Below, one piece after another: positions 33,769-43,566 of a stretch of DNA of 64,000 nt. The stretch comes from an uncultured Dehalococcoidia bacterium (GTDB lineage: Bacteria > Chloroflexota > Dehalococcoidia > Bin125), in NCBI GenBank assembly GCA_964347635.1, contig CAYFZI010000005.1:4613-68612 (forward strand), in the 5' to 3' direction. A program made the translations under genes and the position numbers. Each line of letters opens with the position of its first letter. Position 1 is the first letter of the stretch. The notes below the pieces were generated by a model. It saw nothing but the letters and a program-made list of their open reading frames with translations, did not search any database and was not told the DNA's origin.

Positions 33769-35184
33769 ATGGCGGACAACCAAGAGATCGCATTGATGGC
33801 GCATCTGATGCGCCGGGCCGGCTTCGGCGCGGACCGCGACGAACTCGAGCGGCGTGCTGCGCAGGGCTACGAGGCCGTCGTCGAGGAGCTTGTCGCGCCG
33901 CCCGGCGATGTGCCCCGCGCCGATATCGACGAGCTGTACCGCTACATGCCGTCGCTCGCGTCCGGCGGCCCGGTCACGACGCCCGGCGCGGCCAACTGGC
34001 TCTACCACATGGTCAACACCCAGCGCCCGCTGGAAGAGAAGATGGCGCTCTTCTGGCACCACGTCTTCGCCACCGGCAACTCCAAGGTCGATAACGATAA
34101 CCATCTGATCGCTCAGGTCGATATGTGGCGCGATCACGGCACGGGCAACTACCGCGACCTGCTGATCATGCTCGCCCAGAACCCGGCCATGATTTACTGG
34201 CTCGACAACCACGAGAACCACAAGCGCTCGCCGAATGAAAACTGGGGCCGCGAGTTGCTCGAGCTCTTCTCGCTGGGCGTCGGCCATTACACCGAGCAGG
34301 ACGTCTTCGAGTGCGCCCGCGCCTTTACCGGCTGGACGCTGGGCCCCAAAATCCCGCGCGTGCCCAACCACCGCTTCTTCTTCCAGTACGAGTTCCGCCC
34401 CGAGGAGCACGACTACGGCGAGAAGGAGTTTCTCGGCCGCACAGGCAACTTCGACGGCTTCGACATCATCGACATCATCCTCGAGCAGCCGGCCTGCCCG
34501 CGCTTCATCGCGCGCCACCTCTATAACTTCTTCGTCGCCGATGAGGCGCAAGTCCCCGCCTGGAACATCACGCCGCCGCGCGACCCGGAGGCGATCGAGC
34601 AGCTGGCCGGCGTCTTCGTCGATTCCGGCTACGAGCTCAAGCCGGTCCTGCGTACGCTCTTCAACGCCGACTTTTTCAAGCAGGCAATGTTCCAGAAGGT
34701 GAAGAGCCCGATTGAGACGGTCGTCGGCACGCTGCGGCTGACCGGCGACCTGCAGGGCGTGCAGCGCGAGCTGCCGGAGATCGGCCAGGCCTCGGCGCAC
34801 ATGGGCCAGAGCCTGCACAACCCGCCCAGCGTCGAAGGCTGGCAGACCGGCCGCGACTGGATCAACAGCGGCGCGGTCGTGCAGCGGATCAATTTCGTCG
34901 CCGATCGCGTCAGCAACACCGAGCTGCCCGGCGTGCGGCGGATCATCGACCGCGTCGCCGCCTCGAACGGCCGGCAGATGACGCCCGACCAACTCGTCGA
35001 CCAGTGCGTCGACCTGATCGGCCCGCTCGACGTGTCGGAGCAGACGCGCGCGGAGCTGATCAGCCACGCCTCGGACGAGGGCGCGCTCTCTTGGGCCGGC
35101 GCCGACAGCCGCGGGCGCTCCTCAGAGCGCGTCGGCGAAATGCTGGCCTTGATCGCCGCCACCACGGAGTATCAGTTCGGCTAG
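33769..35184 (+). CDS. DUF1800 family protein
   Basis: AHLMRRAGFG, LEEKMALFWH, PAM..WLD, PNENWGRELLELFSLG, ARAFTGW, PPSVEGW. Confidence 0.92.
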   Translation: MADNQEIALMAHLMRRAGFGADRDELERRAAQGYEAVVEELVAPPGDVPRADIDELYRYMPSLASGGPVTTPGAANWLYHMVNTQRPLEEKMALFWHHVFATGNSKVDNDNHLIAQVDMWRDHGTGNYRDLLIMLAQNPAMIYWLDNHENHKRSPNENWGRELLELFSLGVGHYTEQDVFECARAFTGWTLGPKIPRVPNHRFFFQYEFRPEEHDYGEKEFLGRTGNFDGFDIIDIILEQPACPRFIARHLYNFFVADEAQVPAWNITPPRDPEAIEQLAGVFVDSGYELKPVLRTLFNADFFKQAMFQKVKSPIETVVGTLRLTGDLQGVQRELPEIGQASAHMGQSLHNPPSVEGWQTGRDWINSGAVVQRINFVADRVSNTELPGVRRIIDRVAASNGRQMTPDQLVDQCVDLIGPLDVSEQTRAELISHASDEGALSWAGADSRGRSSERVGEMLALIAATTEYQFG

Positions 35185-35256
35185 CCCGCCCAACCCAATC
35201 AGCTAAGCGAACATGCCGAGCGAACGAACCAAACGGCTAAAGGAGGCCCGCAGCCA

Positions 35257-36408
35257 ATGGCTACCAGCAGTAAAGACCCGGTTCTGGTCGTAATCCAGCT
35301 CACCGGCGGCAACGACTACATGAACAGCGTCGTGCCCTACGCCGACGGACACTACAACGACGCGCGCAACGGCGCGCTGCGGATCGGCGCGGATGCGGTG
35401 CTCAAGATCGACGACGAGTTCGGGCTGCATCCAACGATGGGCCCGCTCAAGGAGATCTACGACCAGGGTGACATGGCCCTGATTCACGGCGTCGGTTATC
35501 CGAATTCACCGCGCTCGCACTTCCGCTCGATGGATATCTGGCACACCTGCGAGCCGAACAAGGTGGGCACTGAGGGCTGGGTCGGCCGCGCCATCCGCGA
35601 CCTCGACCCGGCCGGCGAAAACCCCGTCACCGGCGTGCACATCGGCCAGGGGCTGCCGCGCGCGATGGTCGTCTCCGGCGTCCCCGTCGCCTCCGTCGCC
35701 GACCTTTCTACCTACGGCCTGCTGACCGGCATCGAACAACAGCAGCAGCGCGACAAAATGCTCGAGCGCTTCGTCAACATGTACGGCCGCGCGATCGGCA
35801 GCGGCGCCGTGCAGGAGTACCTCGGCCGCACCGGCCTCGACGCCCTCAAGGGCGCCGACATTCTCAAGGAGGGCCTGGGGCGCTACGCCTCGGATGTCGA
35901 GTACGGGACCGAGCAGATCGCGCGCAACCTGCGCGACATCGCCACGATCCACTGCGCCGACCTCGGCACGCGCGTCTTCTACACGCAGCTGATCGGCTTC
36001 GATACCCACGCCAACCAGCAGCCCGTCTTCGACAAGCTCTGGACCGATCTGTCGCGCGCCATCTCCGACTTCTGGGACGACCTGCGCGCGCACGACGCCG
36101 ACGGCAATGTCGTCATGTTCCTGTTCACCGAGTTCGGCCGCCGAGTCCGCGACAACGGCTCCGGCTCCGACCACGGCGCCGGCGGCGGCTGCTTCGTGAT
36201 CGGCCCCAACGTCCGCGGCGGTATGCACGGCGAGTTCCCCAGCATCAATCCGGCCCACCTCGATCAGGGCGATCTGGTGCCCAACCACGATTTCCGGGGC
36301 GTTTACTCCACGCTGCTGCAGGACTGGTTGGCGCTGGACCCGGTGCCGATCGTCGACGGACAGTTCGAGAAGCTCAGCTTCGTCGACCCGCTCGTCGGCG
36401 CGGCCTAG
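35257..36408 (+). CDS. DUF1501 family protein
   Basis: LVVIQL.GGND, GVGYP..RSHFRS.DIW, GFDTH..Q, TEFGRR..N...GSDHG, DFR.VY. Confidence 0.92.
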   Translation: MATSSKDPVLVVIQLTGGNDYMNSVVPYADGHYNDARNGALRIGADAVLKIDDEFGLHPTMGPLKEIYDQGDMALIHGVGYPNSPRSHFRSMDIWHTCEPNKVGTEGWVGRAIRDLDPAGENPVTGVHIGQGLPRAMVVSGVPVASVADLSTYGLLTGIEQQQQRDKMLERFVNMYGRAIGSGAVQEYLGRTGLDALKGADILKEGLGRYASDVEYGTEQIARNLRDIATIHCADLGTRVFYTQLIGFDTHANQQPVFDKLWTDLSRAISDFWDDLRAHDADGNVVMFLFTEFGRRVRDNGSGSDHGAGGGCFVIGPNVRGGMHGEFPSINPAHLDQGDLVPNHDFRGVYSTLLQDWLALDPVPIVDGQFEKLSFVDPLVGAA

Positions 36409-36465
36409 CACACGCGGAGCACGCTCGGAGCACACCCAGAACAAGCTGCACGCAGGAGGTCGGCC

Positions 36466-37482
36466 ATGCTGACGAAGTCCGTCGCCGGGCGCACCTGGCA
36501 CTTCAGCCACTCGATCGGGCACTTTGTCGGCCCTGAGGGCTTCACCCACTCGACGCCGATCACCAGCACGCACGACGGCATCCTCTATGTGGCCGACACC
36601 GGCCTTGCTGAGTACTCCACCAGCGCGCTTGGGGCCGGTGTGATCCGCCGCCTGCGGATCGAGGACGAGTTCCTCGCCGAAATGGGCCGCGGCGACCTGA
36701 TCTGGCCCGAAGGGCTCGCGCTCTGCCGGGATGGCAACGTCTGGTGCACCGACGCCTACCAGCACTTCGTCGTCGGCTACGACCGCGAGGGCAACGAGAT
36801 CGGGCGCTGGGGCGAGTACGGCAGCGCGCCCGGCCAGTTCAACCGCCCCTCCGGCATCGCGTTCGACGCCGATGACACGGCCTACGTTGTCGACAGCCTC
36901 AACCACCGCGTGCAGCGCTTCAGCAAGGACGGCAGTTTCCTCTCCAGCTGGGGCAGCGAGGGCAGCGGCGAGGGGCAACTGAGCCAGCCCTGGGGGATGA
37001 CGATCGACCGGGAAGGCGCGCTCTACATCGCCGATTGGCGCAACGACCGCGTGCAGAAGTTCGCACCAGACGGCGAGTTCCTCCTCCGCTTCGGCTCGCG
37101 CTTCGACGGTATTGACGACGGCGGTGCGCTGAACCGCCCGGCCGACGTCGCGGTTGACAGCGAGGGCGCCGTCTATGTCGTCGATTGGGCCAACGACCGC
37201 GTGCAGATCTACTACCCCGACGGCGACATCATCTGCGGCCTCTACGGCGACGCACGGGTCTTTTCCAAAGCGGCGCAGCAAGTCATGGACGTGAACGCCG
37301 ACTACATGCGCGCCTTCCACCGCGTCACGCCGGTCGAGCTGATCAAGCTCGGCAACTTCGATCGACCGCGCGGGATCGCGATCGACGGCCAGGACCGCAT
37401 CGCAGTGACCGACGGCGCGCGCGGGCGCGTCCAGGTCTACACCAAGGACCACGACTACCTGATCCCGCAGTTCAACGCCTGA
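36466..37482 (+). CDS. NHL-repeat beta-propeller protein
   Basis: Repeated GQFNRPSGIAFD...YVVDSLNHRVQRF / LSQPWG...IADWRNDRVQKF / LNRPADVAVD units. Confidence 0.9.
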   Translation: MLTKSVAGRTWHFSHSIGHFVGPEGFTHSTPITSTHDGILYVADTGLAEYSTSALGAGVIRRLRIEDEFLAEMGRGDLIWPEGLALCRDGNVWCTDAYQHFVVGYDREGNEIGRWGEYGSAPGQFNRPSGIAFDADDTAYVVDSLNHRVQRFSKDGSFLSSWGSEGSGEGQLSQPWGMTIDREGALYIADWRNDRVQKFAPDGEFLLRFGSRFDGIDDGGALNRPADVAVDSEGAVYVVDWANDRVQIYYPDGDIICGLYGDARVFSKAAQQVMDVNADYMRAFHRVTPVELIKLGNFDRPRGIAIDGQDRIAVTDGARGRVQVYTKDHDYLIPQFNA

Positions 37483-37698
37483 GCGCTGCCGATGAAGAGC
37501 GCCGCGATGCTGGGCCGCAGATTGTTATCACCGGCCCCAGAGGCATAGGCGGGTGCGCCGTGCGCAGTGCTGGCTGAGGGCAAGGCGGCGCTCGGCTGCG
37601 CCGGCGGGGAGGGCTGCCGCGTGCTCGAGGCCCCAGCCGATCAGGCGGCAAGCGCTGCGGGCGGTGCGGTTGGCCCCTAAATGCCTCAAGGAGCGCGG

Positions 37699-39405
37699 AT
37701 GCCTCAATCCTGCGACGTAGTCGTGATCGGCGGTGGGCCGGGCGGCAGCGCCTGCGCGGCGCTGCTCGCCGACCAGGGCTTCAGCGTCGTGCTGCTCGAG
37801 CGCGCCGTGTTCCCGCGCGAGCACGTCGGCGAATCGCTGCTGCCGGCCAGCATTCCAGTGCTCGAACAACTCGGCGTGATGCCCGAGATCGAGGCGGCCG
37901 GCTTCGTCAGCAAGCGCGGCGCCACGCTGGTCTGGGGCACCGACCCCGAGCCCTGGAGCTGGTACTTCGCCGACGACCCCGGCCAGCGTCCGACCTCATT
38001 TCAGGTGCTGCGCTCCGAGTTCGACCAGATCTTGCTCAAGAACGCCGCGCAGCACGGCGTCGATGTGCGCGAAGCGCACCAGGTGCTCGAGGTTCTGTTT
38101 GAGCGCGGGCGCCCCAGCGGTGTGCGCTTCCTGCACGGGCGGGCGGAGGGGCGGATCGACGCGCGCTTCATCGTCGACGCCAGCGGCCAGGCGGCGATCC
38201 TCAGCCGCAAGCTGGGGCTGCAGCGCTGGGACTCGTTCTTCCAAAATCTCGCCGTCTACGGCTACTACCGCGGCGCCGCGCATCTCGCCCCGCCCAACGA
38301 CGGCAATATCTTCATCGAGTCCTACGAGCACGGCTGGCTCTGGAAGATCCCGCTGCACACCGGCCTGACCAGCGTCGGCGCGGTCGTCGACAAGCAGATC
38401 GGGCAGGACGGCCTGCGCGCTCAGGGCCCGATCGGCTTCCTCGAAGCGCAGATCGCGTGCGCGCCGCACATGCGCGAGCTGCTCGACGGCGCCGCGCTGG
38501 TCGGCGAGCCGCGCGTCGAGCGCGATTGGTCCTACACCTCATCGAGCTTCGCCGGCGACGGCTACGTCCTGGTCGGCGACGCCGCCTGCTTCGTCGATCC
38601 GCTCTTCTCCTCCGGCGTGCATCTGGCGCTGGGCAGCGCCAGCCTCGCGGCCGGCTATGTCGGCACAGCGCTCAACGCCCCCGCGGACCGCGCAGCCGCA
38701 GCGCAGGCCTATCAGGCCGCCTATGAAAAGCAGTACCGCTACTTCCACCTCACCGCTCAGCTCTTCTACGGCACCAACCGCAGCGCCGACTCCTACTTCT
38801 GGGAAGCCCGCCGCCTCTTCGCCGACCAGCTGGGCGGCGCTGCGCCGACGCCGCGGGAGGCCTTTGTGCGGATCGTCGGCGGCCAGCCGCCGCAAGGCTA
38901 CGAGCGGGCGGTGATCGAGCGGGGCGAACTGCCGGCCGAGATCGCCGACGAGGTGCGCCGCCGTGAACAGCGGAGCGAGCAGCGCCAGACCGCCGCCCAG
39001 ACGCTGGCCGCAGCGCCCGGCGCGCTGCTGCGCACCCGCCCCTCGCTGCCGCGCCGCGTGCGGCTCGAGCAGCAGCGCAATCTCTCCGGCGCGGGCTACA
39101 AGCAGGTCTTCAAGCTGGTCGTGCAGGGCAGCGGTGAATTTTCCGGCGGCGGCTACCCGGTCACCGCCGTGATCGCTGCCTGCATCGCCAAAATGGACGG
39201 CCGCACGGCGCTGGGCGACATCGTCGCCGCGGTGAACGCCGAGAACCGCCTGGACAACGCTGCCGGCTTGCAGCTGATCGTCGAGCGCGACCTGCCCGCG
39301 TTGATCGGCGCCGGTCTGATCGACGCGGCTCTGCAGCCGGTCGGCCGCAACGACCCCTGCCCCTGCGGATCGGGCAAGAAGTACAAGCGCTGCCACGGCC
39401 GCTGA
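37699..39405 (+). CDS. Flavin-dependent halogenase with C-terminal winged-helix (PqqD/RRE-like) domain and SEC-C motif
   Basis: GGGPGG FAD motif, catalytic-Lys context GFVSKRGA..WG, WxWxIP (GWLWKIPL), GDAACFVDPLFSSGVHLA, SYFWEA; ends VGRNDPCPCGSGKKYKRCHG. Confidence 0.88.
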   Translation: MPQSCDVVVIGGGPGGSACAALLADQGFSVVLLERAVFPREHVGESLLPASIPVLEQLGVMPEIEAAGFVSKRGATLVWGTDPEPWSWYFADDPGQRPTSFQVLRSEFDQILLKNAAQHGVDVREAHQVLEVLFERGRPSGVRFLHGRAEGRIDARFIVDASGQAAILSRKLGLQRWDSFFQNLAVYGYYRGAAHLAPPNDGNIFIESYEHGWLWKIPLHTGLTSVGAVVDKQIGQDGLRAQGPIGFLEAQIACAPHMRELLDGAALVGEPRVERDWSYTSSSFAGDGYVLVGDAACFVDPLFSSGVHLALGSASLAAGYVGTALNAPADRAAAAQAYQAAYEKQYRYFHLTAQLFYGTNRSADSYFWEARRLFADQLGGAAPTPREAFVRIVGGQPPQGYERAVIERGELPAEIADEVRRREQRSEQRQTAAQTLAAAPGALLRTRPSLPRRVRLEQQRNLSGAGYKQVFKLVVQGSGEFSGGGYPVTAVIAACIAKMDGRTALGDIVAAVNAENRLDNAAGLQLIVERDLPALIGAGLIDAALQPVGRNDPCPCGSGKKYKRCHGR

Positions 39406-39566
39406 CATTGGCACGGCTGCGGCCCGCGAACGCCTCGACATATGCTTCCGCGCCCCGGCTCACTCCTGCCGTGTGCTGCTAAACTCAACTATCAACGCCC
39501 CCGAGGGTGCTGCACCGCGCGTGCGCCCGAGCGAGATGACCATCGGGGCGACTGGAGGACGAACAC

Positions 39567-41426
39567 GTGGCAAGCAACTATTGGAGCCGAATGCGCAGCC
39601 GCCGTATCAGCCGTCGCGCGATGCTGCAGGCAAGCGCGCGGGCCGGCGTCGGCGCGGCCGGGCTGGCGCTGGTCGGCTGTGGCGACGACGATGACGACGG
39701 CGACGGCGATGCGCAGCCGGCTGCGGCGCAGGCTGAGCAACAGGCCCAGCAGCAGGCGATGCAGCAGGAGCAGCAAGAGGCTGCCCAGCAGCAGCAGGCC
39801 GCTATGGCGCAGTCCGAGGACGACACGATCTACGACAGCCAGGGCGACGCCGTACAGATCGGCGGCGTGTTCAAGCGCGCCGCCGCCTCCCAGCTGACCC
39901 TCGTCCGCTTCCCTTGGAACTCGGCCGGCAACAACGGCACGATTGACCCGACCGGGTACATGTACAACTGTCTGACCCAATACGGCCAGTCGCAAAAGCG
40001 GGAGATCGACAAGGACTTCTACGATCTGCACGACCCCGACTGGAACCTCCACCCGGACGTGGCCGAATCGTGGGAGACGCCCGACGACCTGACCTGGGTC
40101 TTCAACGTCAAATCGAACGTGGTCTTCCACGACGGCAAGCAGTTCATCGCCGACCACGCGCGACACAGCTACGAGGCGATCCGCGATCAGGGCGTCTCGG
40201 GCGGCGGCTCGCCGGCCTACAACCTAGGCAAGGTGATCTCCGGCACCGAAGCGATCGACGACACCGCCTTCCGCCTCAACCTCAGCGAGCCGCGCGGTTT
40301 CGCCGGCGCCCTCACCGCCTACGTCCGCATGGGCGACCCCGACACGACCGCCTCCGAGACCACGCTGAATGACATCGCGCGCAACGAAGAAGCGATCCTG
40401 ATCGGCACCGGCCCCTGGCGCTTCGACACCGACAGCTACGACCCCAACACCGGCTGGCGGCTCGTGCCCTTCACCGAGGGCCACATGGGCGCGCCGCACA
40501 TGGATGAAATCACCTACACGATCTTCTCCGACGCCGACGCGATCGGGATCGCCGTGGAAGCGAACGACATCGATTCGCACAACGGGATCCCGTTCAACAA
40601 CCCGGAGACGATCGAGCGGCTGATCGCCAGCGATGAGCATTGGGGCTGGGCCGGCACTAGCCTCGGCGGCCAGATCTTCCGCTTCGCGATCGATGTCGAG
40701 CCGACGATCGACCCGCGTGCGCGCCACGGCGTCTGGCGCATGGTCGACCAGGAGCGGGTCGTGCGCGATTACTTCGGCCCCTACGACGACGCCGGCCGCC
40801 TCTTCTTCCAGCGCGGCTCGGAAGGCTACATCGAGGAGCTCGACCGGCCCAACTACGACCCGGCCGAAGGCGCCAAGCTGCTCGACGCCGCCGGCGTCGG
40901 TGCCGGCTCGGTGATGACCGCCAGCACCCTGCCGATCCGCCCCTACGCGCCGGCCTTGGCCCAGCTGCTGCAGGCCGAACTCGCGGAGCTCGATATCGAG
41001 CTTGAACTCGATCCGACCGAATACAACGTGATGATCGAGAAGCAGCAGGCGGGCGACTTCGGCAACTTCCTGATCGGCTTCGGCAACTGGATTCGGCCCG
41101 AGAGCGCCGCGCTCGCGATGGTCATGCAGGACGCCCTGCACGGCGAAGGCAACGCCAAGCGCGGCGGCGACGCGAGCAACCCGATCCCGGTCCGCGAACG
41201 CCCCCACATGGACAACTACTTCCACTGGCTGGACATGATCGAAGGCGTTCAGAAGGGCACCTTCACCGATTGGCAGACCTTCAACGAGACCTTCCACGAA
41301 GTGATGTTTGCGCAGGCCATCGCCCGCCAGCGCGGAGCGGAGTTCTTTACCAACCGGGTACACGTGCCCGATCCGGGCCCAACCACCCCGAACCCGCAAA
41401 CGATCTGGCTCGAACAGGACGCCTAA
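39567..41426 (+). CDS. ABC transporter substrate-binding protein, family 5 (Tat lipoprotein)
   Basis: SRRAML twin-Arg, lipobox LVGC, P.VAESWE.PD...W.F....V.FHDG, GTGPW; followed by two permeases. Confidence 0.9.
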   Translation: MASNYWSRMRSRRISRRAMLQASARAGVGAAGLALVGCGDDDDDGDGDAQPAAAQAEQQAQQQAMQQEQQEAAQQQQAAMAQSEDDTIYDSQGDAVQIGGVFKRAAASQLTLVRFPWNSAGNNGTIDPTGYMYNCLTQYGQSQKREIDKDFYDLHDPDWNLHPDVAESWETPDDLTWVFNVKSNVVFHDGKQFIADHARHSYEAIRDQGVSGGGSPAYNLGKVISGTEAIDDTAFRLNLSEPRGFAGALTAYVRMGDPDTTASETTLNDIARNEEAILIGTGPWRFDTDSYDPNTGWRLVPFTEGHMGAPHMDEITYTIFSDADAIGIAVEANDIDSHNGIPFNNPETIERLIASDEHWGWAGTSLGGQIFRFAIDVEPTIDPRARHGVWRMVDQERVVRDYFGPYDDAGRLFFQRGSEGYIEELDRPNYDPAEGAKLLDAAGVGAGSVMTASTLPIRPYAPALAQLLQAELAELDIELELDPTEYNVMIEKQQAGDFGNFLIGFGNWIRPESAALAMVMQDALHGEGNAKRGGDASNPIPVRERPHMDNYFHWLDMIEGVQKGTFTDWQTFNETFHEVMFAQAIARQRGAEFFTNRVHVPDPGPTTPNPQTIWLEQDA

Positions 41427-41430
41427 CACC

Positions 41431-41464
41431 GCCTGGGCCCGCGCAGCGCTGCGCGGGTCCGGGC
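41431..41464 (+). terminator. Intra-operon stem-loop after the SBP gene (stabiliser or attenuator)
   Basis: GCCTGGGCCCGCGCAG-CG-CTGCGCGGGTCCGGGC inverted repeat; no U-tract. Confidence 0.45.
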
Positions 41465-41522
41465 GCCGCCTGAGCGTCGTGCGCAGGGCGCGGCGGCCTG
41501 CTGCTCAGAGCAATGGACGGGT

Positions 41523-42491
41523 ATGGGCTACGTACTGCGGCGGCTCTTCACCCAGCTGATCCCCGTTCTCTTCATCGCCTCCATCCTGATCTTCGTCTCC
41601 GTGCGCCTGATCCCGGGCGACCCGGTCGCCGGCGCGATCGGCGACGCGATGGGCAACACCGATCCCGAAGTCTATGAACGCCTGAAGGAAGAGCTCGGGC
41701 TGAACAAGCCGATCTATGAGCAGTATTGGATCTGGCTCGGCCAGGTGCTCACGCTCGACCTCGGCAAGTCGCTGACCGGCCTCGAAGTAACCGAAATCCT
41801 CTGGAACGCGATCCCGGCCTCGGTCGAGCTGGCCGGCGTGGCGATCGCAATCGGCTTTCTGCTCGGCCTGCTGCTCGGCGTCGCGGCCGCCGTCAACCGC
41901 GGCGGCCCGCTCGACTGGTTCGCAGCCGGCTGGACCGGCTGGAACATCGGCGTCCCCTCCTTCATCGCCGGGCTTGTCTACCTGATCATCTTCGCCGTCT
42001 GGCTGGATCTCGCCCCGGTCTCCGGGCGCGTACCGCTGACCGAGGATCCGGCCGAGGCGATGAAACATCTCGCCCTGCCCGGCCTCGCTCTGGGCGGGAT
42101 CGTGGCCGCCAACATCAGCCGCTTCACCCGCCAGTCGCTGCTCGACACCCTCTCCGAGGACTACATCCGCACCGCCCGCGCCAAAGGCCTCACCTCAGCG
42201 GCCGTGATCTTCCGCCACGCGCTGCGCCCCAGCATGATCCCGGTCGTCACGATCATGGGCCTGGAGCTGGCCTCGATCCTCAGCGGCACGCTCGTCATCG
42301 AGACCGTCTTCACCTGGCCCGGTCTCGGCCGCGCGCTCATCAACGCCGTCAACAACCGCGATTACACGGTGATCCAGGCCGCCACCCTGCTGCTCGTCGT
42401 CGTCTTCGTCGTCGTCAATCTGCTCGTCGATCTGACCTACGTCGCGCTCGATCCGCGGATTCGCATCGGCGGCAGCGCGGAGGAGCGCTGA
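41523..42491 (+). CDS. ABC transporter permease (DppB/OppB type)
   Basis: LIPGDP, LGL.KP..EQY, EDYIRTARAKGL, IETVFTWPGLG, DPRIR. Confidence 0.93.
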   Translation: MGYVLRRLFTQLIPVLFIASILIFVSVRLIPGDPVAGAIGDAMGNTDPEVYERLKEELGLNKPIYEQYWIWLGQVLTLDLGKSLTGLEVTEILWNAIPASVELAGVAIAIGFLLGLLLGVAAAVNRGGPLDWFAAGWTGWNIGVPSFIAGLVYLIIFAVWLDLAPVSGRVPLTEDPAEAMKHLALPGLALGGIVAANISRFTRQSLLDTLSEDYIRTARAKGLTSAAVIFRHALRPSMIPVVTIMGLELASILSGTLVIETVFTWPGLGRALINAVNNRDYTVIQAATLLLVVVFVVVNLLVDLTYVALDPRIRIGGSAEER

Positions 42492-43396
42492 TGCGCCGCG
42501 CCGCCGATGTCCAGTCTCCGCCGTTCGAGGATGTCGAGCGCTGGCACTCGCTCCGCCTCGCCGGCGCCGAGCTGCGCGCGGTGATGCGCGAGCCGCGCGG
42601 CGCCCTGGCCGTCTCCGTGCTGCTGCTCCTGCTCTTCTTCGCCTTCATCCTCCCGCTGCTCGACCCGACCGACCCCAACAAGCCCGGCGACGGCCCCAAG
42701 AACGGCGCGATCAGCTGGGACAACCCGATGGGCACCGATCATCTCTCGCGCGACCTGCTGGCGCGCAACTCGATCGGTCTGGGCCGCACGATCAAGCACG
42801 GCTTCGCCGCCGTGATGGTCGGCTGGCTGATCGGGATCACGATCGGCTACACCGCCGGCTGGCGGGGAGGGAGGACCGACACGCTGATCATGCGCGGCGT
42901 CGATGTGCTGCTCGCCTTCCCCGGCATCATCTTCGCGATCTTGCTGATCACGATCATCGGCTCCGGCATCTTCAGCGTCGCCGTGGCGATCGCCTTCTTC
43001 AATATTCCCGGCTCCGCGCGTCTGGCCCGCGCCGGCGTCCTGCGCGAGCGCGAGCGCGACTACGTGCTGGCCGGCCGCTGCCTCGGCCTCTCGGGCGGGC
43101 GGATCCTCTTCCGCCACGTCGCCCCCAACACCTTCGGCGCGTTCACCGTCCAGGTGCCGCTGGCGATCGTCGCCTCCGTGCTGATCATGGCCGCGCTGAA
43201 CTTCCTCGGCCTCGGCGCGGAGCTGCCCGACCCGACGCTGGGCGCGATCATGCAGGAGGGGCGCCCCTACATGCGCGACGCTCCCCACTTCGTGATCGGC
43301 CCGGTGGTGGTGCTCGCGCTGATGCTCACATCGCTGAACTTTCTCAGCGATGTGCTGACCGAGCGGCTTGACCCGGTCCGCCGCCGCCGCGTCTAA
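42491..43396 (+). CDS. ABC transporter permease (DppC/OppC type)
   Basis: MGTDHLSRD, DVLLAFPG, DYV.A.R..G....I.FRH..PN, L.FLGLG, LDP. Confidence 0.92.
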   Translation: MRRAADVQSPPFEDVERWHSLRLAGAELRAVMREPRGALAVSVLLLLLFFAFILPLLDPTDPNKPGDGPKNGAISWDNPMGTDHLSRDLLARNSIGLGRTIKHGFAAVMVGWLIGITIGYTAGWRGGRTDTLIMRGVDVLLAFPGIIFAILLITIIGSGIFSVAVAIAFFNIPGSARLARAGVLRERERDYVLAGRCLGLSGGRILFRHVAPNTFGAFTVQVPLAIVASVLIMAALNFLGLGAELPDPTLGAIMQEGRPYMRDAPHFVIGPVVVLALMLTSLNFLSDVLTERLDPVRRRRV

Positions 43397-43454
43397 CCGC
43401 CGCTCCCCACTTCCCCATCCCCGTGAGGGCAGTAGACTCGTTCCCAACCAGCGG

Positions 43455-43530
43455 GCGGGAGTAGCTCAGCCGGTAGAGCATCTGCTTCCCAAGCAGAGGG
43501 TCGCGGGTTCGAGTCCCGTCTCCCGCTCCA
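43455..43530 (+). tRNA. tRNA-Gly (CCC)
   Basis: GCGGGAGTAGCTCAGCCGGTAGAGCATCTGCTTCCCAAGCAGAGGGTCGCGGGTTCGAGTCCCGTCTCCCGCTCCA: cloverleaf, anticodon CCC, CCA end. Confidence 0.96.
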
Positions 43531-43566
43531 CACCAACGACGGCATCCAAGCGCGGGAGTACAAACG

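Noticed and set aside
37491-37547. Short ORF MKSAAMLGRRLLSPAPEA as a RiPP precursor for the halogenase
   Set aside because: No RBS, no aromatic residue to halogenate and no leader-like features.
39680-39810. CAG/GAC-rich repeats here and at 50415-50600 as a CRISPR or DNA repeat array
   Set aside because: They are codons of the Asp/Gln-rich protein linkers; there is no repeat-spacer structure and no cas genes.
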